Source of the DNA: a virus
Lineage: Duplodnaviria; Caudoviricetes
Virus record (IMG/VR): IMGVR_UViG_2740892367_000002
Span: 31,864-95,863 of that record
Direction: 5' to 3' (one strand)
DNA: 64,000 bases
In this document: positions 27,728-35,683 of the stretch, piece after piece
Position numbering within the stretch: the stretch's first letter is position 1
Layout of the letters: each line of letters begins with the position of its first letter
Notes under the pieces: model-generated
Seen by the model: the letters and a program-made list of their open reading frames with translations, nothing else
The model's database searches: none
What the model was told of the DNA's origin: nothing
Translations under genes and position numbers: made by a program

Positions 27728-28240
27728 ATGGCCACGAAGAAGAAGCGCGACAAGACCTATCGGCCGCGCCCGGTGCGCTCAAACATCGCCGCGCTGCTGT
27801 TCGAAAGCGACCAGCCGCTGACGCAGGGCGACCGGGAGACGATCCTCGGCGCCGCGCATTGGTCCGTCCAGGCGCTGGCACGCGGCCTGGCCGCGAAGGA
27901 CGACTGGCACACGATCGTGAATGCGCTGAACTGCTCGCAGGTCCTGTGCGAGACCGCCGGTAACCGCGACGTCGGCCTGTCCGTCATCTACGCGGCACAG
28001 AACGCCATGATCAACGTGGGCGAGCGCTGCAAAGCGCTGGGAGTCATGCGCCTCGGGGCCGGCGATCTGCCGAAGCTCAACGAGGCAATGGCGCTGTATG
28101 AATCCCTGTTGTCGGCGGTGACCAAGCGCCAGCACGCGACGGCGATCTATGAGGCCGATCGGCGCATCCGCTCGGGCAACGTGGTGCGCCTGAAGCGCGA
28201 GGGCACGCGCCGGATGGAATTTGCCGGGATCGAGGCATGA
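27728..28240 (+). CDS. Hypothetical nin-region protein
   Basis: Basic N-terminus, helical; GAGGA RBS. Confidence 0.65.
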   Translation: MATKKKRDKTYRPRPVRSNIAALLFESDQPLTQGDRETILGAAHWSVQALARGLAAKDDWHTIVNALNCSQVLCETAGNRDVGLSVIYAAQNAMINVGERCKALGVMRLGAGDLPKLNEAMALYESLLSAVTKRQHATAIYEADRRIRSGNVVRLKREGTRRMEFAGIEA

Positions 28241-28452
28241 CGGTCGAGCGGCTGCCGGCTCGGGGCGAGACGCAGGACGGAGTCACCTACGCGCAGGCGA
28301 TGGAGGCCTTCGAACGGTACTTCGCCGCCGCACAGGCCGTGCCGACCATCGCCATCGAGATGGGCATTCCGTTCGATACCGCGTGCCGGGTGCTGGATGG
28401 CAAGGCCTGGCCGGCCGCGCGCCAGTACTGGGTGGACAAGGTACTTCCATAG
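28237..28452 (+). CDS. Small HTH-like protein
   Basis: VPTIAIEMGIPFDTACRVL. Confidence 0.5.
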   Translation: MTVERLPARGETQDGVTYAQAMEAFERYFAAAQAVPTIAIEMGIPFDTACRVLDGKAWPAARQYWVDKVLP

Positions 28453-28489
28453 GATTCGGCGCCATGATGGCGCTTCAACAGGAGAAATT

Positions 28490-28879
28490 GTGAGCTTTTT
28501 CTACGTGATTAGCGGTGCTGACGATGATGGGCAGCAACAGCATTTGATTGGGTTCCACACGCAGGAACCGCTGCCTACACAAGAGGCCGCAGAGGCGAAA
28601 GCCGATGTTCTGAACGAGACCTGGCAGCAGCTGGAGGTGGAGTTTCTGCGGGATCAGGCTAGGCTGGCACGCGTCAAGGATGGCGGATTCTGGACGGTGC
28701 CGGAGCCTGATCTTCATGGCCTGGCGCCCGCTGAAGTGCTGGGCGGCAGCCCGTTCTCCAAGCGCCTTGCGCAGGTCACCGGCCTGCAGATGGCAATACT
28801 CAACGAGCCCTTCCAGAAGCGCTTCGCGCGCATCGTCGCGCTGATCGAGGCTCCGGATCCGGCAACCGTCATTTCCTGA
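28490..28879 (+). CDS. Hypothetical protein
   Basis: AGGAG RBS, GTG start. Confidence 0.55.
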   Translation: MSFFYVISGADDDGQQQHLIGFHTQEPLPTQEAAEAKADVLNETWQQLEVEFLRDQARLARVKDGGFWTVPEPDLHGLAPAEVLGGSPFSKRLAQVTGLQMAILNEPFQKRFARIVALIEAPDPATVIS

Positions 28880-29015
28880 TGATGGCCATGCGGATCAAGT
28901 TCCGGGGAATCAATCCGCTTCGCTGGGGGTTCGGTTACTGGCATGCGCCGCGCGGCGCCGCAGTGATCGAGCTTGGACCGATCGATATCTACCTGCCGGC
29001 CAGCGGCGCACAGCG

Positions 29016-29432
29016 ATGAGCGAGCTGTTCCGCGAGTTCTCGCTACGCGGCCGAGCGGACTGGGCTGAGGTGGTGGCCACCGTCCGCGCGGCAGCCCCGA
29101 CCATGGCACGCGACGGTCGACCGCTGCGCGTGATCCTGGCTGATGACGACCAGGATCGTCTCGAGGAACAGGTGCGGGCGTACTTTTCGCTCGTGATCAA
29201 TCCGATTGCAGAACAGGTGTGGGTAGATGGCCGGCGCTTCGAAGCGAAGGCCTGGCACCTGCATATGAAGGATAAATTCCTGCCGGTGCGAGAGGTGCCT
29301 CTTCCCGACGGCACCATAAAACTGGTACAACCCAGCATCGCCCGCGGTGAGATCACTGTTGGAGCGATGTCCGAATACATGACAAAGGTCGCGGCCCATG
29401 CCGCCGCAGACCTCGGGGTGCAGTACGAATGA
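29016..29432 (+). CDS. NinB-like protein
   Basis: R..EQ...Y...I..IAEQVWVDGRRF....WH...K..FL; M.EY...V.A.AA..LGV. Confidence 0.7.
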   Translation: MSELFREFSLRGRADWAEVVATVRAAAPTMARDGRPLRVILADDDQDRLEEQVRAYFSLVINPIAEQVWVDGRRFEAKAWHLHMKDKFLPVREVPLPDGTIKLVQPSIARGEITVGAMSEYMTKVAAHAAADLGVQYE

Positions 29433-29460
29433 TCCGGGTCCCTATTTTCGGGGGCGGGAA

Positions 29461-29796
29461 TTGGGAGCTTATCAACGGAAGTACGCCGCGGCGATCGCGG
29501 CCGGTCAGCTATCGCTGACATTTCACTTCGAAGCGCTTCGCGCGAAGACGAACCGGGACAGAGTCCTGGAAGTCATCAACAGCGCCGATCGGTTGCTGAC
29601 AGGCCACGAGGTGGCCGAGCGCGCGGGCATCTCATACAAGCAGGCACTGGACGCGCTGACTTTTCTCCACAACGAGCGGCGCGTGTTACGCGAGGGGCGA
29701 AAGTTCACGTCTCGCTGGGGCCGCGCTGTGCCAGAGACTGGACATACGGGGCTGGAAGGCTTCTTTCACATCATCGCGTGCCCCTGCATCGCCTGA
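29461..29796 (+). CDS. Winged-helix DNA-binding protein at the Q position (candidate late activator)
   Basis: RDRVLEVI...LTGHEVAERAGISYKQALDAL..L.....V.R.G....RW; start uncertain (TTG 29461 or ATG 29398). Confidence 0.65.
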   Translation: MGAYQRKYAAAIAAGQLSLTFHFEALRAKTNRDRVLEVINSADRLLTGHEVAERAGISYKQALDALTFLHNERRVLREGRKFTSRWGRAVPETGHTGLEGFFHIIACPCIA

Positions 29797-29906
29797 CTCG
29801 TTCGGCGTGCCTGGGAGCGGGGAAGAGGCCACGCGGCAACGGTGCCTCAGTGCCAAAGCCCGCGCCAGTCGCTTCGACGCTCGGTCGAAGCCGTTCATGG
29901 AAGAGC

Positions 29907-30260
29907 TTAAGGTTCGGGCGAAGAGGGCGAAGGGCGGGGGTTAGTGAGCTCGGTGTATTTGTGCTTATAGGGCTCCAGGTGCAAGGCATATCCCTCCAGC
30001 TCGTCAATTCGATCCCGTAGCTTCTTCTTTTCGTTTTCAGTTAGGTAGTTGAGCAGGTACACGACGATCAGCGGCAGAGCCATGAGGAGCAAGATGAGGC
30101 CGCCGATGACAAGAGATGGAATGTCAAACAGGGAGAACACGCGGTTCCGTGTTTCTCTGATGATCCAAAATGCCGGGATGTAGAGGCACACGAGCATGTA
30201 CCATGCGGCGGGGCCGGTCAGGCGCATCTTCCAAACATGGAGCCGATCGTAGGTCATCAT
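29907..30260 (-). CDS. Antisense 2-TM protein with coiled-coil tail (moron)
   Basis: Two hydrophobic segments then ENEKKKLRDRIDELE. Confidence 0.6.
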   Translation of the reverse strand: MMTYDRLHVWKMRLTGPAAWYMLVCLYIPAFWIIRETRNRVFSLFDIPSLVIGGLILLLMALPLIVVYLLNYLTENEKKKLRDRIDELEGYALHLEPYKHKYTELTNPRPSPSSPEP

Positions 30261-30567
30261 CCTGGTTAGAGGTTCGTTCTCATGGATTCCAGCCTAGCGT
30301 CCCTCGCTCGCAAGCCAAGCCCTCCGGAAGTTGGGGCACATCTTGATCGATTTGAATACGGTCAAACAGGCCAAATTTGGCCGTGTTTGTAGCTCGCGAA
30401 TCTCGGTACAGTTCGCGGCAGCGACAACAATTGGCAGCGGAGGTGGCTAGCCCGCTTGCGTGGGTGTCCATCGTTTTGTTAGTGTCAACTTCAAGCCCGG
30501 ATTTCAACATATCGTTTCCGGAGGGATGCGGGCTACATTGAACTGGTAATGAGTCAGAGATGACTGA

Positions 30568-31014
30568 TTATTTGGCGCGTTTGCTAGGCGCGGCTGGTGG
30601 GGGCGCTGGATTGCGAGCCATCCCGCGGGCCTGGAGTTGGATGGTGCCGTTGTCTGGGAAGTAATGCGAGGCCTCGGCAAACATCTCTTTGATTTGCGCG
30701 ATCTTCATATCTTTATCGATGACAAAGAAATACACGGGCTCTGTGTCACCGCTCAGGGCAGCGGTGACAAGCCCGGCCAACGCTTCATCCGGGGTTACGC
30801 CATGCTTGTTGGCGTACGCAGTCACGTCAATCAGTGCTTCGGCAATGGCGGCCGTCATCAGCGGCGTGTTCGAAAATGTTGTCTCGAACGAATGCTGAAG
30901 TCGAGCAATGATCTCGGCATTAAGGGATCTCTTCGTACTCACGGAAGCCTCTTCCAAGCTGGCTTTCAGCTCAGCTGGCATCCGGATATTCACTTGCGGG
31001 TCAGAGCGCGCCAT
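30568..31014 (-). CDS. Arc/Mnt-family RHH repressor with C-terminal domain
   Basis: MARSDPQVNIRMPAELK..LE..S....RSLNAEIIARL. Confidence 0.85.
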   Translation of the reverse strand: MARSDPQVNIRMPAELKASLEEASVSTKRSLNAEIIARLQHSFETTFSNTPLMTAAIAEALIDVTAYANKHGVTPDEALAGLVTAALSGDTEPVYFFVIDKDMKIAQIKEMFAEASHYFPDNGTIQLQARGMARNPAPPPAAPSKRAK

Positions 31015-31032
31015 CGAGTTGCTCCTGAGAAA

Positions 31033-31116
31033 GTGCTTGCAGATATGCTAGCACCGTACTACCATCTATTCGTGCTAGCACCATGATAGCACGATAGCTT
31101 GATATCAACTTGATAT
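31033..31116. promoter_or_regulatory. Operator array between divergent Arc-family genes
   Basis: TGCTAGCA palindromes (31046, 31073), TGATAGCAC (31084), TTGATATCAA palindrome (31099). Confidence 0.6.
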
Positions 31117-31125
31117 GGAGGCCCT

Positions 31126-31314
31126 ATGAAAGGAGCGCGCCAGATGCCTGGCGTCCTTGTGAAAATGCCGATCGAACTGAAAGAACAAATTCAGGACGCG
31201 GCCCAAAGGCGATTTCGCAGTATGAACGCGGAGATCGTTCGCAGGCTTGCAGAGAGCTTGGAAAAAGAAAACGCCCCGGTGGTTGCAGCCACCGAGGCGT
31301 CGTATAGCAAGTGA
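31126..31314 (+). CDS. arc: Arc-family repressor
   Basis: MKGARQMP..VKMP.ELK..I..AA....RSMNAEIVRRL, close to P22 Arc. Confidence 0.85.
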   Translation: MKGARQMPGVLVKMPIELKEQIQDAAQRRFRSMNAEIVRRLAESLEKENAPVVAATEASYSK

Positions 31315-31335
31315 ACCCCTATCAAGGAACACTCA

Positions 31336-31662
31336 ATGAGTAAGAATAGCACACCCGTCAAGCCTATCCAGGCCGAGAATCGTACGGAATCGGCGAAGCC
31401 GGTAGCAGTTGTTCACTGCTACAACGTTACGGCAACGTGCATCGATAGCCGTGCTGTCGTCACCGCCAATACCCACGACACGCCCGCGTCGGCTGCAAGG
31501 GCGAAATCCGCCCAGTTACACGCGCTTCTGAGCGCGACCGCCGAGGCAATGGATGGTGCTCCGCAGGATATCCGTGACAACCTGATCATCCTGGCTACGG
31601 ACGTGGCGCGAGAGGTCCGCGCGCTGTGTGAACTCGCCGAACTTGCGACGGAGGCAGCATGA
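31336..31662 (+). CDS. Hypothetical protein between arc and antirepressor
   Basis: AAGGA RBS; ATGA-coupled to ant. Confidence 0.55.
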   Translation: MSKNSTPVKPIQAENRTESAKPVAVVHCYNVTATCIDSRAVVTANTHDTPASAARAKSAQLHALLSATAEAMDGAPQDIRDNLIILATDVAREVRALCELAELATEAA

Positions 31663-32402
31663 ACCAGATCATTGCAGTGAGAGCTTTGGCGATCGGTGGT
31701 GAGCAGGCTCAGGCGGTCAACGCGAGAGAACTCCATGCCTTCTTGGAGGTCGGGAAGGTCTTTGCTGCTTGGATTCAAGAGCGCATCACCCAGTACGGAT
31801 TCGTGGCAGGGACTGACTTTGAGGTTTTTTCCGAAACTGGAAATAACCCCACTGGCGGTCGTCCGGCCAAGGAATACGCTATCAGCTTGGACATGGCCAA
31901 GGAACTGGCCATGGTCGAGCGCAATGAGAAGGGCAAGCAGGCCCGCCAGTACTTCATCGCCTGCGAGCGACGGGCCAAGCTGCTGGCGAAGGCGGTCCAG
32001 ATCCCGCAATCTCTGCCCGAGGCGCTGCGCTTGGCTGCGGATGAAGCGGAGCGTCGAGCTGCCGCCGAGGCTCAGCTTGCCGTCGCCGCACCCAAGGCCG
32101 AAGCCCTGGATCGCATCGCCACGGCGGAAGGCTCACTTTGCGTGACAGACGCGGCCAAGGCTCTGCAAATGAAGCCCCGTGAGCTCTTCAATTGGCTGAG
32201 TGGCAACCACTGGATCTATCGCCGGACGGGAAGCCCCAACTGGATCGCCTATCAGAACCGCATTCAGTCCGGCCTGCTCGAACACAAGGTGACGACAGTG
32301 GAGCGCAATGACGGGTCAGAGAAGGTGACCGAGCAGGTGAGGGTGACTCCGAAGGGGCTGGCGAAAATCGCGGAGGAAATCGAGTCAACGGTTCCCGCAT
32401 AG
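31659..32402 (+). CDS. ant: Antirepressor (AntA/AntB N-terminus plus KilA-C/ANT C-terminus)
   Basis: VNARELHAFLEV..F..WI..RI..YGF..G.DF; DMAKELAMVERNEKGKQARQYFI; PQSLPEALRLAAD; Q.RVTPKG. Confidence 0.9.
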   Translation: MNQIIAVRALAIGGEQAQAVNARELHAFLEVGKVFAAWIQERITQYGFVAGTDFEVFSETGNNPTGGRPAKEYAISLDMAKELAMVERNEKGKQARQYFIACERRAKLLAKAVQIPQSLPEALRLAADEAERRAAAEAQLAVAAPKAEALDRIATAEGSLCVTDAAKALQMKPRELFNWLSGNHWIYRRTGSPNWIAYQNRIQSGLLEHKVTTVERNDGSEKVTEQVRVTPKGLAKIAEEIESTVPA

Positions 32403-32424
32403 GAAGGGGGCCGCAGAACAGCAT

Positions 32425-32450
32425 CAAAGGGGCGCTTCGGCGCCCCTCGG
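32425..32450. terminator. Hairpin terminator between convergent ant and DUF4145 genes
   Basis: AGGGGCGC-TTCG-GCGCCCCT; short U-tract on the minus strand. Confidence 0.55.
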
Positions 32451-32455
32451 CTACG

Positions 32456-33181
32456 CTAGGCCGGCCCTTTTGCTGCAATGATTTTGGCGGCTTTGGCGAC
32501 TATGTGACTGTGGTCCTTGGGGTAAATCTGGGCGAGCGCATGCTCAACGATCTCGAGGACGTCAAGGACATTTTCATGAGTAACTGGGCTGCCATGGCTA
32601 CCGGAGTTCCCCACCCACTTAGCGGCCTCAAGGCAATCGGCAATGTCCGGCCGCGTTACGCGGTACTTGGCAATTCGTTCATGCAGAACGAGTGCCTTCG
32701 TTCCGTTATGGGACTGCACTCCGAGATCGTCCATTAGTCGCTCCAAGCCAATCCGAATGGAGTTTGCGGCGTTACCTGGCGACGACCAATAGATTTGAAA
32801 GGCGTCCGTCAAGGATTCCTTCACTTTCACCGAGCAGTCCGGTGGAACGGAGATCATTGGAATCGGCGGCAAGATGTACTTCGGGTACATGCACTCCACG
32901 TACTCCCACGAATCTTGCAGATCCCACATTTGATGCCCCCAAGTGCCCACTGTCACGGCTGGGTCGCCGCACGCCGAGCACTTGAGGACCATGGAGTATC
33001 GGCCGACGTCGAGTTCAGGGTGGTAACCCTCGTAATCCATTCGGGCTGACGACGCATAGGAGTTCGGCTTTTTCGCACTGTCCTCTACGGGACGAAACAC
33101 GCCATTGCACTGCTCACGAGTGCAGGGCCACGATGGGACACTATCGGAGGCATGCCAAGTTTCGAAAAGCTCTCGGTGCAT
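32456..33181 (-). CDS. DUF4145 (HEPN-like) domain protein with N-terminal Zn ribbon (moron)
   Basis: AANSIRIGLERLM..L.ERI..GNSGSH; WPC....C and CSAC; lower GC. Confidence 0.75.
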   Translation of the reverse strand: MHRELFETWHASDSVPSWPCTREQCNGVFRPVEDSAKKPNSYASSARMDYEGYHPELDVGRYSMVLKCSACGDPAVTVGTWGHQMWDLQDSWEYVECMYPKYILPPIPMISVPPDCSVKVKESLTDAFQIYWSSPGNAANSIRIGLERLMDDLGVQSHNGTKALVLHERIAKYRVTRPDIADCLEAAKWVGNSGSHGSPVTHENVLDVLEIVEHALAQIYPKDHSHIVAKAAKIIAAKGPA

Positions 33182-33208
33182 AGGTTGCTCAGTTGAAAGC
33201 GAGGGGTG

Positions 33209-33235
33209 CTCGAATTCCGGCGAGCCCCTTAGGAT
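33209..33235 (+). promoter_or_regulatory. Late promoter motif copy 1 (lysis)
   Basis: CTCGAAT-N14-TAGGAT, 34 nt before the holin ATG. Confidence 0.65.
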
Positions 33236-33269
33236 TGTCTCACTGTGATTTTCCCATAGTGAGGCGAGC

Positions 33270-33560
33270 ATGTCCCGATTCCCCAAGAGCTACGCACTGC
33301 AGGACCGCCTGCGGATGGTCGTCTGGCTGCTGTTCGGCCTGGCGTTCTATGTTGCCGTGCTGCTGATCGACGGCAGCCGCTACCCCACTGTGCAGGTCAC
33401 TCTGCAGAAGCTGGGCCACGTCACCACGTTCGCGTGGGTGGGCTACTGGATCGCCCGCCAGGCGCTTGGCCGCGTCAATGCTTCCAGCCATACCCATGAC
33501 CGAATCGCCCGCGCCATTGTGATTGCCGGCGTGATTCTGGCCGGCCTGACGGGGCTCTGA
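33270..33560 (+). CDS. Holin (3 TM)
   Basis: Three hydrophobic segments, GYWI.R..., RAIVI; GAGG RBS. Confidence 0.75.
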   Translation: MSRFPKSYALQDRLRMVVWLLFGLAFYVAVLLIDGSRYPTVQVTLQKLGHVTTFAWVGYWIARQALGRVNASSHTHDRIARAIVIAGVILAGLTGL

Positions 33561-33561
33561 C

Positions 33562-34140
33562 ATGAATTTCACGCACATCGCCAACCCTGTGCGCGTCCGC
33601 GCGACGCGCATCGTCGAAGTGACCGATGTCACGGACCGCTCCGAAGGCCGCGGCCAGTCGCACCCCGACGTGCTTCTGCGGCTTGAGGACGGCTCCAACT
33701 TCACCGCCGACAGCGCAATGACGTCGCGCCACGTGCCGGTGCCGGACGACTATCTGGTGATGCAGGAAGACGGATACGTCTACCTGAACCCGAAGGGCGT
33801 CTTCGAGCGCAAGTACAGCCCGCTGGACGCGTTGCCGGCCAGCGCCACGCCGACCGAGAATCCGGCAGCGGCCGCTGTGAAATGGAAGCCCACGATGGGC
33901 CGCATCGTCGTGGTCAAGGGCTACATCACCAACGGTTCGGACGAGCACCCGGGCATCATCACCCGCGTACACGGCGCAGGTGAGGGCGCTTTCGTCAATG
34001 TCCTGGCGTTCCCGGACCTGCAGTCCAATAAGATTTTCAGCAGCATCCCGGTGTATTCCAGCCGGGCCGCCGCGGATGCTGACGTAGCAGGCTACACGCG
34101 CCGTCAGAACGGTTTCGCCTTCTTCCCGGACAGGGGGTAA
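33562..34140 (+). CDS. Two-domain hypothetical protein inserted in the lysis cassette
   Basis: DYLV.QEDGY.Y.NPK.VFE.KY domain, Pro/Ala linker, then KPT.GRIV..IITRV..VN..FPD domain. Confidence 0.7.
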   Translation: MNFTHIANPVRVRATRIVEVTDVTDRSEGRGQSHPDVLLRLEDGSNFTADSAMTSRHVPVPDDYLVMQEDGYVYLNPKGVFERKYSPLDALPASATPTENPAAAAVKWKPTMGRIVVVKGYITNGSDEHPGIITRVHGAGEGAFVNVLAFPDLQSNKIFSSIPVYSSRAAADADVAGYTRRQNGFAFFPDRG

Positions 34141-34146
34141 GGCGCC

Positions 34147-34815
34147 ATGAGCACTCGCGCATCCCATCGCCGGAAGGAATCCCCCCCGCCTACCCGGTTC
34201 GGGATGCGCGGTTGCGCCATCGTCGCACTGTCCGTGATCATGGCCTTGTCGCTGCTGGCGGTGTCGTCGGTGGCTATTGGCCAGATCCCGGCCGCCGCGC
34301 ACCAGTACCGGCAGGCGATCGCCCGCGAAACGGCGTTCAGGTTCGGTGCCGCCGCACCGGTGCCTGTGATCGCAGCGCAGATCATGCAGGAATCGAAGTT
34401 CAACCCGGCCGCGCGCAGCCAGGTAGGTGCGCAGGGGTTGATGCAGTTCATGCCTGCGACCGCCACGTGGGCTGGCCAGGCAGGCGTCGACGGTCCTGTG
34501 CAGCCGCTGAATCCGCAGTGGAGTATCCGCGCCGGTGTCTGGTATGACCGCTGGCTGTGGGACCGCGTCAAGACGTTCCACACCGAGTGCGACCGCTGGG
34601 CGTACGTCCTGAGCAGCTATAACGGGGGGCTCGGCTACGTCTACAAGCGCCAGAAGCTGTCGGCCGCGCCCGGTAGCTGGTCCGCCACGGGCCGGCTGAA
34701 TCCCGGCATCCACCCGGCCAACCAGCGCGAGAACGAGGACTATCCGCGCCAGATCCTCGGCCGCTGGCAACCGCTGTTCACGAGCTGGGGCCGCCCGGTC
34801 CCGTTCCCATGCTGA
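34147..34815 (+). CDS. SLT lytic transglycosylase endolysin with N-terminal hydrophobic export signal
   Basis: QESKFNP.A.S.VGAQGLMQFMP.T; SYNGG; start may be 34204. Confidence 0.85.
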   Translation: MSTRASHRRKESPPPTRFGMRGCAIVALSVIMALSLLAVSSVAIGQIPAAAHQYRQAIARETAFRFGAAAPVPVIAAQIMQESKFNPAARSQVGAQGLMQFMPATATWAGQAGVDGPVQPLNPQWSIRAGVWYDRWLWDRVKTFHTECDRWAYVLSSYNGGLGYVYKRQKLSAAPGSWSATGRLNPGIHPANQRENEDYPRQILGRWQPLFTSWGRPVPFPC

Positions 34816-35114
34816 CCCGCAAGGAATTCGCTTTCATCGCCAGCCTGCTCGTGCTGGTCTGCTTTGCCGCGTGGTTCTACGGCAAGGGGCGCCAGTCCGG
34901 CCAGCAAACCGCCGCCAAGACGGTAGACAAAGTCGTCACGCAGGCTGTGACCCTCAACGACGGCGCGCAGGTGAAGACCCTCCAGACGCAACTGACCGCC
35001 GCCCGCTCCGAAGCGGCTGCATTCAAATCCAAACTTGCCGAGGCCGCCCGTGCGAATCCTGCCCCTACTGATTGCCGCCTGCCTGACGGGTTGCGGGACG
35101 ACCTTAACCGTTAA
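34809..35114 (+). CDS. i-spanin (Rz-like)
   Basis: N-terminal TM, coiled coil, C-terminal C.LP. Confidence 0.7.
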   Translation: MLTRKEFAFIASLLVLVCFAAWFYGKGRQSGQQTAAKTVDKVVTQAVTLNDGAQVKTLQTQLTAARSEAAAFKSKLAEAARANPAPTDCRLPDGLRDDLNR

Positions 35115-35313
35115 GTTCCCGCCCGTGCCCGCCGAGCTGAAACAGCCGTGCGGCAGCCCAATCTTCAACCCGCTCACTACGGCTGACCAGTATGACCTCG
35201 CAGCAAGGCTATCCGAAGCCAAGGAATACGGGAAAGGATGCTCTGCGCGCCTCGATCGCCTGATTGACGCTGTGAATGCCCGTGAGGCGCTGACCGTGGA
35301 GGTGAGCCGATGA
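35050..35313 (+). CDS. o-spanin (Rz1-like lipoprotein)
   Basis: Lipobox LTGC; PPVPAELKQPC; overlaps Rz. Confidence 0.75.
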   Translation: MRILPLLIAACLTGCGTTLTVKFPPVPAELKQPCGSPIFNPLTTADQYDLAARLSEAKEYGKGCSARLDRLIDAVNAREALTVEVSR

Positions 35314-35651
35314 GCGAACCGAAGCAGCCGGAGGCCGAATCGCTGACCGACTACCGACTGTCGCAGCTCGAGCGCGCCGTCACGAAGCTGGTGGAGCAGA
35401 ACAGCCAGATGATCGCGCTCGAGCAGCGCCACCTGGACACCCGTGAGGCGCTGGAGCGCGCATTCAAGGCGATCAAGGACAACGACATCCGGATCCGCGC
35501 CATTGAAACGGACTTGCCGACCATGCGCCTGGTGCGTGGATGGGTGATTACTGGCGTGCTGGCTGTCATGGCCGCATCTGGCACGGTAGTCGTGAAGTCC
35601 ATCGCCACTGTGCCGCCAGCAGTAGCCACCCAGCCGGCCCGCACCGGCTGA
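35310..35651 (+). CDS. Coiled-coil protein with C-terminal TM
   Basis: GGAGG RBS; end of the lysis cassette. Confidence 0.6.
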   Translation: MSEPKQPEAESLTDYRLSQLERAVTKLVEQNSQMIALEQRHLDTREALERAFKAIKDNDIRIRAIETDLPTMRLVRGWVITGVLAVMAASGTVVVKSIATVPPAVATQPARTG

Positions 35652-35683
35652 GATATTTCATACACACCATATAGGAAACCACC

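Noticed and set aside
31020-31125. LexA/SOS box controlling the antirepressor
   Set aside because: The closest match is CTG-N12-CAG, which has the wrong spacing
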